DNA of 64,000 bases from Myxococcales bacterium LLY-WYZ-16_1 (GTDB lineage: Bacteria; Myxococcota; Kuafuiibacteriia; Kuafuiibacteriales; Kuafuiibacteriaceae). Of the stretch, positions 50,772 to 61,151 are shown one piece after another. Where the stretch lies: positions 14,547 to 78,546 of the forward strand of contig DAPKRQ010000263.1 in the NCBI GenBank assembly GCA_031800475.1, in the 5' to 3' direction. The notes beneath the pieces are model-generated. The model made no database searches. It was given only the letters and a program-made list of their open reading frames with translations, and was not told where the DNA came from. The stretch's first letter is position 1. Each line of letters starts with the position of its first letter. The position numbers were made by a program, and so were the translations under genes.

Positions 50772-51312
50772 CTAAACGCGCCAGTTGCCCTTTGCTTTGA
50801 GGATCCGCTCACAAACCTCCCGGACGGCACCCTGGCCTCCGTTCGCCCGCAGCACCACGTTGGCGGTGGCGCGAACTTCCGGGGCGGCATCCGCCACGGC
50901 GAAGCCTAGCCCACAGCGGCGGATCAAGGGTAGGTCCGGCAGGTCGTCTCCCACGTACGCCACCTCTTCTTCCGTGACGTCGAGCTCCTGCACGCAGGCC
51001 TCGAACGCAGCGACCTTGTCCTCGACGCCCAGCTTCAGGAGCTTGACTCCCAGCTCTTCGCCCCGGCGCTGCACCACCTCGTTCCGCTTTCCCGAGATGA
51101 AGGCCACCGGGATCCCGGCGGCCATCAGGAGTTGGACTCCCAGGCCATCCCGCACGTGGAAGCTCCGGGTCTCCCCACCCCCCGGAAGGTACGTCATCCG
51201 TCCGTCGGTGAGGACGCCGTCCACGTCCAACAAGAGCGCCCGAACCCGCTGGGCGCGAGCGTCGATGTCCGCGGCGGAGGGCGGCATGACCATGATGGGC
51301 GGAAGTAGCATG
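50772..51312 (-). CDS. kdsC: 3-deoxy-D-manno-octulosonate 8-phosphate phosphatase (HAD family, KdsC-type)
   Basis: LLLDVDGVLTDGRMTY HAD motif I and C-terminal GDDLPDLP / AVADA. Start at 51312 or 51294. Confidence 0.75.
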
Positions 51313-51344
51313 GGGGCAGCCCTGGCGAAACGCTTTGGTTTAGG

Positions 51345-53957
51345 ATGGCCCCCATGGAGTGTTCGACGCGGTGGGCCGCGGTCTGGGTGATGACCGGGCT
51401 CGGCCTGCTGGCCTGCGGAGAAGAGACAGAAGATCCAGGCTCGGACCAGGCCGACGCCGGTCCGGTCTTCGACGACCGGGGCCCGGGCCCCGACGGCGGG
51501 CGTGGCGGGCCCGACATGACGCCGGCTGCGCCCGAGCCCCCACAGGTCACCGGCTGGACGCCGCAACCGGGGTCGGTCCGGGTGCCTCGCGAGACCTCCG
51601 TTCGGATCCGCTTCTCCGAAGCGATGGACGTGGCCACCGTGGCCGCTCACCTGCAGGCCACGGCCGACCGGGGCGACGGCCCCCGGCTCGTTCCACTCCA
51701 GGTCGGGGCCGGCGAAGGGCCCAGCGAGGTGACGGCTCGCCCGGCGCGTTCCTGGCCCCCGGTGGCCCGGGTGGTCGTCCGGCTCGGGACCGGGGCCCTG
51801 TCGGCGGAGGGCCTCGCTCTTTTGGAGTCCGCGGAACTTTCCTTTCAGACCCGGGGCACGGTCCCAACCGTGCCCGCCGTCGGCCAAGCGGCGTTCGAGC
51901 CCCTGTCCTGCGTGGACGCTTGGGTCCCTCCCGCAGCCCTCGAAGGACCGGAGGGTCTGAGCGCCCTGGGATGGGACTGGCGGAACCTCCGGGCCGCGCC
52001 CGCGTGGGCGGTGCCGGTGGCCGCTTCCCTTCCTTGGGTCAACGACAACTCCCTTGCCTTGGTAGGCGTTCGGACCGAGCCGCGTCGAGCGCCCGACGCG
52101 GGCTTTTGCTTCGTGACCGCCATTCGGGACGCACCTGCGTCCGCAGTGCTTCGGGTGCAATCTGCCTTTCACGATCCGACCCGGGGCTTCGACGACTTGC
52201 AGCTCGCAGCCTGGACGTCCCCCGGGTACCGGACCGGTCTGGACCACCCCCTAACCGGAGCCGTGTGGGGGCTGTGGGAAGCTTTCGAGCCGGGCGGATT
52301 CTCCGAGGCGGACCGGGCCACCCTCGAGGCCTACGACGAAGCCCTTTCGAACGAATGGGCCCAGGCCCTGGCGGACTTCGTGCACGCGGCAGGCGAGGCC
52401 CGCCTCCTCCGAGAAGCGGCCTTTTCGGGCTGGACCGAGACCGACGTGGAGACTTTGCGTCGGGCGGTCTTGGACACCGCCTATGCGCAGACGAACTTCT
52501 TTGTCTCCGAACCCCTGGCGAGCCTGGATGTCCTGGCGCGGGTCGGAGACGAGCTGGATCTGGCATCTGTCAACCGGGCGGCGCAGCGGGTGATGGCCGC
52601 GACCGAGGCGCTTGCCGCACTGGGTGACACCCCCCTGCCTCCGATCTCCCTCGAGGTCGAGACGCCGCTCGGAGCCTTGGTGATCCGGCCCGGTGACGAG
52701 GACCACACCCAGGTCCCCGAGGGCGCCCTCCTCGTCCTGGATGGAGGCGGCGACGACGTCTACGACGGCCAGGTGGCCTCCACCGCCGACGGTCGTGCGG
52801 TGTCGGTGCTGCTCGACCTGGGAGGCGACGACAGGTACGGGCCGGACCGACCGTTGCTCGAGCGATCGCGGTCCGTCGCGCTCGGCTCGGAAGACGGATT
52901 CGGCCAGGGCTTTGGCCTTGCCGGCGTGGCAATTCTTTTCGACGTATCGGGCGACGATGTCTATCGCGGCAGCGTGTTCACCCAAGGCGCGGCCTTTGCG
53001 GGCGTGGGCGCATTGGTGGATCGCGGTCTCGGCAACGATGTCTACGAAGCCGCCTACTTCTCTCAGGGCGCCGCCCAGTACGGCGCAGGTCTGCTCGACG
53101 ACGACGGCGGCAACGACCGCTACTTGGTGGGCAGCCAAGGACAGGGCATGGGCCGACCGCGAGGTCAGGGCCTACTTCTCGATCGAGACGGAGGGGACGA
53201 CTACGTCTCGCTCTACGTGGCCGATCCTCCGGGTCTACCCAATGGAGGGCCCCTGTGGTTTCCATCCGGTTACACCGACGCCCGCGGCAACAACCACAAC
53301 CTGAGCGCCACCCAGGGCGTAGGCTGGGGGCTCCGGCCCGAATGGGGCACGAACGGCGTGGCGTGGTCCGGCGGCTTCGGCGCCCTGGTCGACCTGGGTA
53401 CGCAATCGGACCTGCACTTCGCGGACACCTTGGCCATGGGTCAAGGCTTCGTGTACGGGCTGGGCCTTCTGTGGGACGACGGCGGCTCGGACTTCTACCG
53501 GGCTCTGTGGTGGGGCATGGGCTCCGGCACCCACATGGGCACCGGCGTGATGATCGAGGCCGGCGGCGACGACGATCTTTCGGTCAATCGCGTGTCGGCC
53601 GCCCTGGGCCACGACTTGGGGGTCAGCTGGTACATCGACCAGGGTGGGGACGACGTGTACGGCGGAGGCATCAGCTTTGGCCGAGCCTACGACGAGGGCA
53701 ATGCGTTCTTTTTGGACCTGGGCGGAGAAGACGTCTACGACGGAATCTTCGTCCAAGGCTTCGGAAGCTGTCACTTCAGCCAAGGGGTTCGATTGCCCAC
53801 GGTGCCGCGGCTCGGTCTGTTCATGGACCTCGGAGGCGGAGACGACACCTACCTCACCGACAATGAAGCTGCCGCGAACGACGCGCGCTGGGAGCAGGTA
53901 CCGTTCGGTGCGCCCGAAGCCGTCGACCAGAAGAAGGGTCTCGGCTTCGACCGCTGA
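51345..53957 (+). CDS. Large lipoprotein with N-terminal SbsA-type Ig-like domain and about 10 degenerate ~23-aa GGDD repeats (predicted beta-solenoid)
   Basis: Lipobox LLACG. Ig-like block VTGWTPQPGSVRVPRETSVRIRFSEAMDVATV. Repeats LDLGGDDRYGPD, FDVSGDDVYRGS, LDDDGGNDRYLVGSQGQGMG, LDRDGGDDYVSL, IEAGGDDDLSV, IDQGGDDVYGGG, LDLGGEDVYDG, DLGGGDDTYLT. Confidence 0.6.
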   Translation: MAPMECSTRWAAVWVMTGLGLLACGEETEDPGSDQADAGPVFDDRGPGPDGGRGGPDMTPAAPEPPQVTGWTPQPGSVRVPRETSVRIRFSEAMDVATVAAHLQATADRGDGPRLVPLQVGAGEGPSEVTARPARSWPPVARVVVRLGTGALSAEGLALLESAELSFQTRGTVPTVPAVGQAAFEPLSCVDAWVPPAALEGPEGLSALGWDWRNLRAAPAWAVPVAASLPWVNDNSLALVGVRTEPRRAPDAGFCFVTAIRDAPASAVLRVQSAFHDPTRGFDDLQLAAWTSPGYRTGLDHPLTGAVWGLWEAFEPGGFSEADRATLEAYDEALSNEWAQALADFVHAAGEARLLREAAFSGWTETDVETLRRAVLDTAYAQTNFFVSEPLASLDVLARVGDELDLASVNRAAQRVMAATEALAALGDTPLPPISLEVETPLGALVIRPGDEDHTQVPEGALLVLDGGGDDVYDGQVASTADGRAVSVLLDLGGDDRYGPDRPLLERSRSVALGSEDGFGQGFGLAGVAILFDVSGDDVYRGSVFTQGAAFAGVGALVDRGLGNDVYEAAYFSQGAAQYGAGLLDDDGGNDRYLVGSQGQGMGRPRGQGLLLDRDGGDDYVSLYVADPPGLPNGGPLWFPSGYTDARGNNHNLSATQGVGWGLRPEWGTNGVAWSGGFGALVDLGTQSDLHFADTLAMGQGFVYGLGLLWDDGGSDFYRALWWGMGSGTHMGTGVMIEAGGDDDLSVNRVSAALGHDLGVSWYIDQGGDDVYGGGISFGRAYDEGNAFFLDLGGEDVYDGIFVQGFGSCHFSQGVRLPTVPRLGLFMDLGGGDDTYLTDNEAAANDARWEQVPFGAPEAVDQKKGLGFDR

Positions 53958-53963
53958 CGCCGG

Positions 53964-54515
53964 TCAACCTGGAACCGTCGCCAACACCTCTACCGGAACC
54001 TCCTCGACAAAGGGCGATTCCTCCACGTCGCAGTTCGCATCGAAGGGCACGACCTCGCCTCGGATGATGACGGGTCGAGAAAAGTCGCTGTCGACGAATA
54101 CCCGATTGTTGGGGTCGACGACGAAGCGGCCCGCTTCACACAAGCGCACACGCTGGACCACCCCGCCGACCCGGACCCCGTCGGATGGCCGGAGCACCTC
54201 GAACACGATGCCCCAGGAACCAGCACGGGGGGCGTCGAACTCCATGCCCACGTAAACGTGTTGCCCCGCGCGCTGCACGGGGCTCCCCTTGACGAGCTGC
54301 AGGCTCTGACCGGGTGCCAAAGACTGGGTCCCGTCTCCTTCGCGAGTGAGCAGACGGATCCCTGCCTCTCCATTGAACGGAGTTACAGGTCGACACGTGC
54401 GACCGTCTCCGCAGCCGATGGCTGGGTCGAGTCCATTTTGGTCCGAGCTGCTGTCCGGCGCTTCACCGCCGCACGCGAACAACAGAGTCAACCATCCGAG
54501 CCGAGCCCATTTCAC
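53964..54515 (-). CDS. Hypothetical lipoprotein
   Basis: Signal peptide plus lipobox LLFACG. 183 aa. Confidence 0.45.
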   Translation of the reverse strand: MKWARLGWLTLLFACGGEAPDSSSDQNGLDPAIGCGDGRTCRPVTPFNGEAGIRLLTREGDGTQSLAPGQSLQLVKGSPVQRAGQHVYVGMEFDAPRAGSWGIVFEVLRPSDGVRVGGVVQRVRLCEAGRFVVDPNNRVFVDSDFSRPVIIRGEVVPFDANCDVEESPFVEEVPVEVLATVPG

Positions 54516-54594
54516 GGCGGCGGAGCCTACTCGCAGCCTTTCGGGCGTTCAAGAGCCCGCCTTTTCTCCCCCACCGATCTGTGCGACAAGCCAG

Positions 54595-57500
54595 CCGATG
54601 TCGCACCGCCCGGATCGCGTTCGGAAGCTCTTTGCGGCGGGGCTGACGGTGGCGCTTCACGGATCTTTGGCGTGGGCCCAACCCGCCTCGGATCGTTTGC
54701 CAGCGGAAGCTACACTCCGGTTCGACGCAGAGGGTCCGAGACGGCTGTTGCCACGGGTTCGATTTCACCCGGTGATCGATCCCCTGCCCTCGCTGGCCAT
54801 CACTGGGCTGACCCAGGACGCGAAGGGCTTTCTGTGGGTGGCCACGCAGAATGGCTTGGGGCGGTGGGACGGCCGACAGATGACGGTCTTTCGTGCCCGC
54901 GAGGGCAAGAAGAAGGGAGGCCTGCCCTCCTCGTACGCCAGCGCGATCACCGCCGACGGCGCGGGTGACGTGTGGGTGGGAACCTATGACCGAGGCGTGG
55001 CCCGCTTCTCCTACCGGGACGGAAGCTGGGAGACATGGGACACCGAAGAAAGATTGTCATCCCCGTCCGTCACAGCGCTGCACGCCGACGGAGAAGGACA
55101 AATGTGGGTAGGACACGCCACCGGTACGGTGGACCGGATCTCGGTCGACAGCGGCTCGGTCACGGCAGTCGTCGAGCCCGGTTACATCGATGCCGAGATC
55201 ACTTCGATTCGGTCCACCCAGGACGGATCTGTCTGGCTCGCGTCAAAAGATGGCCTTCATCGTTTCCGGAACGGCGTCCTCGATTCATACCGCCACGACC
55301 CCTTCGTGGAAGGCTCGCTACCGGCCCAGGAACTGAATGATGTCCTCGTGGACGACGGCCGAGTCTGGGTGGCTACGGCGGGCCGGGGCGTCTTCGTGGC
55401 GTCCACGAGGGACATGCGTTTCGAGCGGGTCCGAGAAGGCTCGGAAAACGCCCACGCCCTCGTACTCGAGCGCGGACCCGACGGCTCGGTGTGGGTCGGG
55501 ACCCGAGTGGGTTTGGAGCAGCATCTCCCCGACGGAAGCTTTCAGCGCTATCAGCGCGATGAAAAGGATCCCGCTTCCGAATCCTTCCCCCCTTGGACCA
55601 GCGAGCTTCTGTTCGATGGTCGAGGCATCCTATGGCTCGCGGGGTTCGGACACGGCCTGCGCAAGCTGGACTTCCATGAAAGCCAGTTTGGGCCATTGCA
55701 CCTCGACCGGCTCACGTCGCCCGTCTTCGCCGAAGAGACTCCGGGCACGGTCTGGATTGGAACACCTACACGCGGCCTCTATCGGGTCGATTTTGAGGGT
55801 GACCAGGTCCGGCGGTACCCAACCTTTCGGGTGGGAGGGAGGACGAGAAGGCTTCTCGGCACGTGGATCACCGCCGTCCACCACAGCTCGCGCATCCGCC
55901 TGCCGGGCCGACGCCAGCCATCGAACCCGGCGGGCAATGTATTCATTTCGACCGAAGCCCACGGTATCCTGGGCCTCGATGCCGGCACCGGCACGGGCCG
56001 GGCCATTCCCGTGGACGTGGTCGAAGAGGGCCTCTTCGACACCCTCCGAGTCGACGACTTCGTAGAGTCCGGCGGAATGCTCTTCGCCGCCTCCTGGGGC
56101 GGAGGTCTGCTGCGTTACGTTCCCGAGCGGGGCCACTTCGAGCGGGTCCCGGTCGAGTTGCCGAGCCCTTACCTGTACGACCTGGAGGTAGCCCCGGACG
56201 GCCGATTGTGGGTGGGTATGGCCGAAGGCGGCGTGGCGTCGATCCGACCGGACCCCCTCGAGCTGACCGTGCCCGACGCGGTGAATGCGAGTCTTCCCGA
56301 TCGAAACGTCACTTCCGTGCGGGTCGAAGACGGACGACTGTGGATGGGTACCTTTGGCGGGGGATTGGTCCGGTGGGATCCCCGCTCTGGGGACCTCAAC
56401 AGCTGGGGCATGGAGGAAGGCCTGCCGAGCGACACCGTGTTTTCGGCGCTCCGGGGAGATGACGGCGCCCTGTGGGCGTCGACCCCTAGAGGACTGGTTC
56501 GAACCCGCGTCGAACCCGATGCCAGCCTGGGACCGACGCGGATTTTGGGTCTGGCGGACGGACTGCAGGGCGACGAGTTCAACCAGAGCACGCATCTCGC
56601 CGGATCCGACGGCCATCTGTACTTCGGCGGGACCCGGGGCGGACATCGCTTCAGACCCTCGGACCTCGAGTGGCCGGACCATCGGCCCCAGGTTCACGTG
56701 ATGGATTTCTCGATCTTTCAAGAGTCGGTGCCTCTCGAGGAGCCGGTGTGGACCCATCCTCCCGTCCACCTCGGTTATCGCGACTCGGTCTTTTCATTCG
56801 AATTCGTGGCGCCGTATGGAGGCAATCCGAACCGACTTACCTACGCCTATCGCCTCGCCGGACTGAGCGGTTCCTGGATCGAGAGCGACCGAACCTTCGC
56901 CACATTCACGAGCCTTCCCGGCGGCAACTACAACTTCCAGGTTCGTGCCCGGATCGACGGCGGAACCTGGTCGGAACCCACGACGATTCCGATTCGGGTG
57001 GATCGCCCCCCTTGGCTGCGATGGTGGGCCTTTGTCATCTACGGAGCCATCGGGGCTTTGGTGGCTCTCGCGTTCCTGCGACGCCAGCGCGCCAAGCTTC
57101 GAGCGATGCAGCAGGCCCACCGCCTTCAGACGGTGGAGCGCGAACTGGAGCTGACCAGTGCGGTGCAGACCGGTTTTTTGCCCACGGAAGACCGATTCGA
57201 CGACGGTCGGGTTCGGCTGCAGGGCTACTATCGACCGGCGGACCAATGCTCCGGCGACTGGTGGTACTTCGAAGACGATTCGGACCAAACCTTGTCGGTC
57301 TTGGTGGGCGACGTGACCGGGCACGGTCCCGGGCCGGCCATGGTGACAGCCGCAGCTGCCACCGCATTCCGCGTAAGCCGGTCGGGCGACCCCTTGGCTC
57401 AGCGACTGGGTGCAGTCCATTCCGAGGTCCAGTCCGTGGCCCGCGGCAAATACCACATGACGATGACAGCCGTGCAGGTTGACAAGCGGACCGGCGCGTT

Positions 57501-57873
57501 CCGTCTTTTCAGTGCTGCGGGTATGCCGGTCGTCATCGTCAAGAGGGAGGGACGGCCAAAGACCGTGACATGCCGAGGCGTCCCACTGGGCTTCGATGGC
57601 TTCGAGATCGCCTGGACCGACGGACAGTTGGATCCTCACGATCGGCTGGTTCTCTTCACCGACGGAATTCCCGAGCTCGAGACACCAAAAGGTCGCCTGC
57701 TGGGTGTACGAGGCTTTTCACGGTGGTTCGAAGGCGCCCGGGGCGACTCGCTGGAAGGGGTGGTGCGGCACGTGGTGGGCCGAGCAGAGCAGATGCTGAA
57801 CGGCGCGGCTCAAGAAGACGACTGGACCTTTGCCATCGTCGAGTACGTTCCTTCGGAACCCGCAGCTCGCTGA
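54595..57873 (+). CDS. Membrane sensor phosphatase: periplasmic two-component-regulator-propeller repeats plus Y_Y_Y domain, one TM helix, cytoplasmic PP2C/SpoIIE-type Ser/Thr phosphatase
   Basis: Signal peptide (KLFAAGLTVALHGSLAWA). Many W/G-rich propeller repeats (GLGRWDG, VWVGTYDRGVARF, MWVGHATGTV ...). YAYRLAGLSGSWIESDRTFATFTSLPGGNYNFQVRA. TM WWAFVIYGAIGALVALAFL. PP2C motifs SGDWWYF, LVGDVTGHG, LFTDGIPE. Confidence 0.75.
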   Translation, partial: PMSHRPDRVRKLFAAGLTVALHGSLAWAQPASDRLPAEATLRFDAEGPRRLLPRVRFHPVIDPLPSLAITGLTQDAKGFLWVATQNGLGRWDGRQMTVFRAREGKKKGGLPSSYASAITADGAGDVWVGTYDRGVARFSYRDGSWETWDTEERLSSPSVTALHADGEGQMWVGHATGTVDRISVDSGSVTAVVEPGYIDAEITSIRSTQDGSVWLASKDGLHRFRNGVLDSYRHDPFVEGSLPAQELNDVLVDDGRVWVATAGRGVFVASTRDMRFERVREGSENAHALVLERGPDGSVWVGTRVGLEQHLPDGSFQRYQRDEKDPASESFPPWTSELLFDGRGILWLAGFGHGLRKLDFHESQFGPLHLDRLTSPVFAEETPGTVWIGTPTRGLYRVDFEGDQVRRYPTFRVGGRTRRLLGTWITAVHHSSRIRLPGRRQPSNPAGNVFISTEAHGILGLDAGTGTGRAIPVDVVEEGLFDTLRVDDFVESGGMLFAASWGGGLLRYVPERGHFERVPVELPSPYLYDLEVAPDGRLWVGMAEGGVASIRPDPLELTVPDAVNASLPDRNVTSVRVEDGRLWMGTFGGGLVRWDPRSGDLNSWGMEEGLPSDTVFSALRGDDGALWASTPRGLVRTRVEPDASLGPTRILGLADGLQGDEFNQSTHLAGSDGHLYFGGTRGGHRFRPSDLEWPDHRPQVHVMDFSIFQESVPLEEPVWTHPPVHLGYRDSVFSFEFVAPYGGNPNRLTYAYRLAGLSGSWIESDRTFATFTSLPGGNYNFQVRARIDGGTWSEPTTIPIRVDRPPWLRWWAFVIYGAIGALVALAFLRRQRAKLRAMQQAHRLQTVERELELTSAVQTGFLPTEDRFDDGRVRLQGYYRPADQCSGDWWYFEDDSDQTLSVLVGDVTGHGPGPAMVTAAAATAFRVSRSGDPLAQRLGAVHSEVQSVARGKYHMTMTAVQVDKRTGAFRLFSAAGMPVVIVKREGRPKTVTCRGVPLGFDGFEIAWTDGQLDPHDRLVLFTDGIPELETPKGRLLGVRGFSRWFEGARGDSLEGVVRHVVGRAEQMLNGAAQEDDWTFAIVEYVPSEPAAR

Positions 57874-57883
57874 GCGACGCCGT

Positions 57884-58672
57884 TCAGACGAACGCAGGAC
57901 GCATGTTTCCCAGCGTGAGTCCGCCATCCACGACGATGGCCTGACCGGTCACGTATCGGGCTCCCTCACCGAGAAGAAACTCGATCACCCGGGCTACGTC
58001 GTCTGCCCTGCCGACCCTTCCTAGGGGCACGAAGGGCTCGATCCGTGCCAACCGTTCGGCGCTTCCAGCCTGGTCGGGAGCGGTGGACTGAGCCGTGGTG
58101 ATGAAGCCGGGTGCCACGGCATTGACGCGAACCCCGTCGCCGCCGAGTTCGATGGCCAAGGACCGGACCAGCCCCTCGATGGCCCCTTTCGACGCCGCAT
58201 AGTGTCCGTGTCCGGACCAGCCCCAACGAGGGCCCATGATCGAGGATACCGCCACCACCGCGCCCCCGCTGGCCCTAAGTGCAGACTCCGCCCCTCGGAC
58301 GGCGTGCAGAACTCCACCGAAGTTCACATCCATGACCCGGAGCCAAGCATCCCGGCGCAGCTCACCCAAAATCCGCCGGTTCGCGATGCCAGCGTTCGCG
58401 ACCAGGCCAGTCAAACCCTCGACCGCCGTCAGCTCCCGAATCCGTTCCTCGAACCGCTCGGCCTCGGACACGTCTGCCACCAGGACCTCCACGTCGTGCC
58501 GAACCCCTTCGGCTCGCAGGGTGTCTCGAAGTTCGATCAGGGGGCCCTCCTCGACATCATTGGCCACCACCCGATGCCCTCCGCGGGCCAACGAAGCGAC
58601 GGTGGCCCAGCCGATACCCGAGGGCGATCCAGCCCCCGTAACGAGAACTCGTGAAGGGCTTTCGTCTCGATC
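57884..58672 (-). CDS. Short-chain dehydrogenase/reductase (SDR) family oxidoreductase
   Basis: VLVTGAGSPSGIGWAT cofactor motif, NAGI, catalytic Y...K (YAASKGA). GTG start inferred. The longer ORF would overlap the divergent P450 gene. Confidence 0.75.
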   Translation of the reverse strand, partial: DRDESPSRVLVTGAGSPSGIGWATVASLARGGHRVVANDVEEGPLIELRDTLRAEGVRHDVEVLVADVSEAERFEERIRELTAVEGLTGLVANAGIANRRILGELRRDAWLRVMDVNFGGVLHAVRGAESALRASGGAVVAVSSIMGPRWGWSGHGHYAASKGAIEGLVRSLAIELGGDGVRVNAVAPGFITTAQSTAPDQAGSAERLARIEPFVPLGRVGRADDVARVIEFLLGEGARYVTGQAIVVDGGLTLGNMRPAFV

Positions 58673-58684
58673 CACCGGGCCCTT

Positions 58685-59956
58685 TTGACATCGACTCGGG
58701 GCCGTCTTCAATATCCCTGCATGGTCTTCGACGACCTGGTAGCGCGCTCCGACTTCTTGGCGGACCCATACCCGACGTACCACCGCATGCGGAGCGAAGC
58801 CCCGATCTTCTACAGTGAGCGCTGGGGAGGGTGGGTACTCACGAGGCACCGCGACGTGGTCGAAACCAAACGAGATCACCAGCGATTTTCGAACGGTGGC
58901 CGCTTCGCTGCATTCATTCGAAAGCTACCCGAAGCAGCCGACGGCACGCTCACGCCGTTGTTCGAGGCCTTCGACACCGGGATCATCCACCGGGATCCTC
59001 CGAAGCACGCGGAGCTTCGTCGCATCGTCATGAAGGCCTTCAACCCCAGGGCCATGCGGGCTCTGTCGGACTTCATCGAAGACTGGACCGACCGCGCCCT
59101 GGCGACCGCGGAAGAGCGGGGGGAGTTCGACATGGTGGCCGACCTGGCAGAGCCCCTTCCCTGCACGGTCGTAGCAAAATTGGTGGGTGTGGCCCCCCAG
59201 ATGCAGGGGCGTTTCAAGGCGTGGGCCGACGACATCACGGGCTTTTTGGTCACGCCGGATTCCGAAACCACGCGGCGGGCCCTCGGGAGCGTCCTGGACG
59301 CTCGTGCGTGGCTCACGGAGCTCATCGAAGCCCGTCGCCGCTTTCCCGAAAACGACCTGATCTCCGCCTTCGCCAACGAAGACCTCCAAGGCATTCGCAT
59401 GTCTACCGATGACGTGCTCTCCACAGCTCGTACATTCATGGTGGCAGGACACGGAACGACCACCTCTTTGCTCGCCGTGGGCACCCTGGCACTCCTGCAG
59501 CACCCCAAAGCCATGATCCGGCTCCGAAGGCTCCTCGATACCACCGACCCGGCGGTGAAGAAGGCTGCACTGCGCAGGGCCATCGAAGAGATGATGCGTT
59601 TTGAAAGCCCCCTTCAGCGGGATCTTCGGATCTGCGCTCGTGACCTGGAGTTTCGGGGGCAGCCCATGAAGGCGGGAGATCTGGTGGTGCAGGTCCTGGG
59701 CGCGGCCCATCGAGACCCGAAAGTCTTCGAGCGACCGGACGCGTTCGATCCCGAGCGGAGCTCCAACCGCCACCTGGCATTCGGCGTTGGCATTCACGCG
59801 TGCATCGGCGCCACCTTGGCGCGTTTGGAGGCGGAGATCGTGTTCGAGAAGCTACTCTGTAGATTTCGCCACATCGAGTTGGTAGAGCCGGACATCGATT
59901 GGGAGAGAAGCGTGGTGCGTCTTCCAAAGCGTCTTCGGCTGCGTGTCCGGGCCTGA
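58685..59956 (+). CDS. Cytochrome P450
   Basis: Heme-binding loop FGVGIHACIGATLA, EXXR (EEMMRFESP) and I-helix AGHGTTT. The start may be the internal Met at 58721. Confidence 0.85.
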   Translation: MTSTRGRLQYPCMVFDDLVARSDFLADPYPTYHRMRSEAPIFYSERWGGWVLTRHRDVVETKRDHQRFSNGGRFAAFIRKLPEAADGTLTPLFEAFDTGIIHRDPPKHAELRRIVMKAFNPRAMRALSDFIEDWTDRALATAEERGEFDMVADLAEPLPCTVVAKLVGVAPQMQGRFKAWADDITGFLVTPDSETTRRALGSVLDARAWLTELIEARRRFPENDLISAFANEDLQGIRMSTDDVLSTARTFMVAGHGTTTSLLAVGTLALLQHPKAMIRLRRLLDTTDPAVKKAALRRAIEEMMRFESPLQRDLRICARDLEFRGQPMKAGDLVVQVLGAAHRDPKVFERPDAFDPERSSNRHLAFGVGIHACIGATLARLEAEIVFEKLLCRFRHIELVEPDIDWERSVVRLPKRLRLRVRA

Positions 59957-60191
59957 TTCGCTCCACCCTTCCCTTCGAGAGAAGTCCGACCGCATCCTAC
60001 CTGGTGAAGAGAGGTGAACCCTTGTAGGACCATGTCGGGCAAAACTGCGGAAATCCGCGCTTTTCGGACGAATTTCGGCTACTTCCGCCCGTCGATTTTT
60101 TGCATCCCCCCGCTTCCACTCCCCTCCGAGGGCTGGTAGTTCCGCGACCGAGATCACAGAGACTGATCAGAAGGGAATCGAAGGAAGCGAG

Positions 60192-61151
60192 ATGCGTATC
60201 CAGTTTTTGAATCGAATCACCATGGCGCTCGTGCTCGGCGCCGCAGCCTGCGGGGACGACGACACGAGCAACGCCAACGGAAGCAACAGCGGAGTTCACG
60301 GCGGCAACGGCAATGACCAAGTGGGTTTCACTTCTCCCGAGGGCGGCGAGGTCCGCTGGGAGTTCATGGACTTTGGCGGAGGCGTGGAAGCCGTTCGTCT
60401 CACGGCGTTCTTCAAAGCGGCCCAGGACCCAGACTTCATTCCGTTCGTGCCCGAGGGTGAATGCACCGAGATCACCGACTCCAACCCGCTGTGGCCGCTC
60501 GAGCCATCCGACCCCTCGAACACGACCTATTACAACGTCGGTAACCTCCGGGTCGGTGGCATGCCGCAAGCGACCGAAGTGCAGCCGATCATCGGGGGCC
60601 AGCCCGATCCCTTCTTCCGTTCGCACGATGTCTATTACTTCACGTTCCTGTCGAACATCGACCTGGCGACCGGAATGGACACGGGCATCGACATTTCGGA
60701 GCTGATCGCCCCAGCCCGCACCTACAACGTGGAAGTGGAGGGCAACGCCGACTACGCGCCCTGGCGGATCAACGCAGAGCTGCGCATTCCCGGGCGCTAC
60801 CCGGTGCCCGACGCGATGGACACCGCGAACATGGAGATTCAGGCCGGGCAGGACCTGCCGCTTCCGTTCAACGATGAAGACGACGGCTTCAACGACCCGG
60901 TGATCCCGTTCGTCGTCATCGCGAACTCTGCCCAGGAAACCACTCACGTCTGTCTCGGCAACCCCGACGAGGACACAGTCGTTGTCGATGCCGCCACGAC
61001 CCAGAACATGCCGGACGAAGGCTTCTTGCTCCATGCGACCTCGATCCACCGAGTGGTTCCATTGCCCGACGAGAACGGCGAGGACACCGATCGTCGACTC
61101 GACCTGCTGGGCCTGTGGTGCTACCTGCGCCCGTTCACCAAGGTGCAGTGA
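60192..61151 (+). CDS. Hypothetical lipoprotein in a locally lower-GC island
   Basis: Lipobox LGAAACG. Preceded by a 235-bp AT-richer intergenic region with a GGAAGGAAG RBS. No known motif. Confidence 0.5.
   Translation: MRIQFLNRITMALVLGAAACGDDDTSNANGSNSGVHGGNGNDQVGFTSPEGGEVRWEFMDFGGGVEAVRLTAFFKAAQDPDFIPFVPEGECTEITDSNPLWPLEPSDPSNTTYYNVGNLRVGGMPQATEVQPIIGGQPDPFFRSHDVYYFTFLSNIDLATGMDTGIDISELIAPARTYNVEVEGNADYAPWRINAELRIPGRYPVPDAMDTANMEIQAGQDLPLPFNDEDDGFNDPVIPFVVIANSAQETTHVCLGNPDEDTVVVDAATTQNMPDEGFLLHATSIHRVVPLPDENGEDTDRRLDLLGLWCYLRPFTKVQ

Noticed and set aside
50772-52247. 491-aa N-terminally extended version of the kdsC ORF
   Set aside because: The extension overlaps the divergent, well-supported lipoprotein gene starting at 51345. 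The HAD domain begins at the internal Met near 51312.
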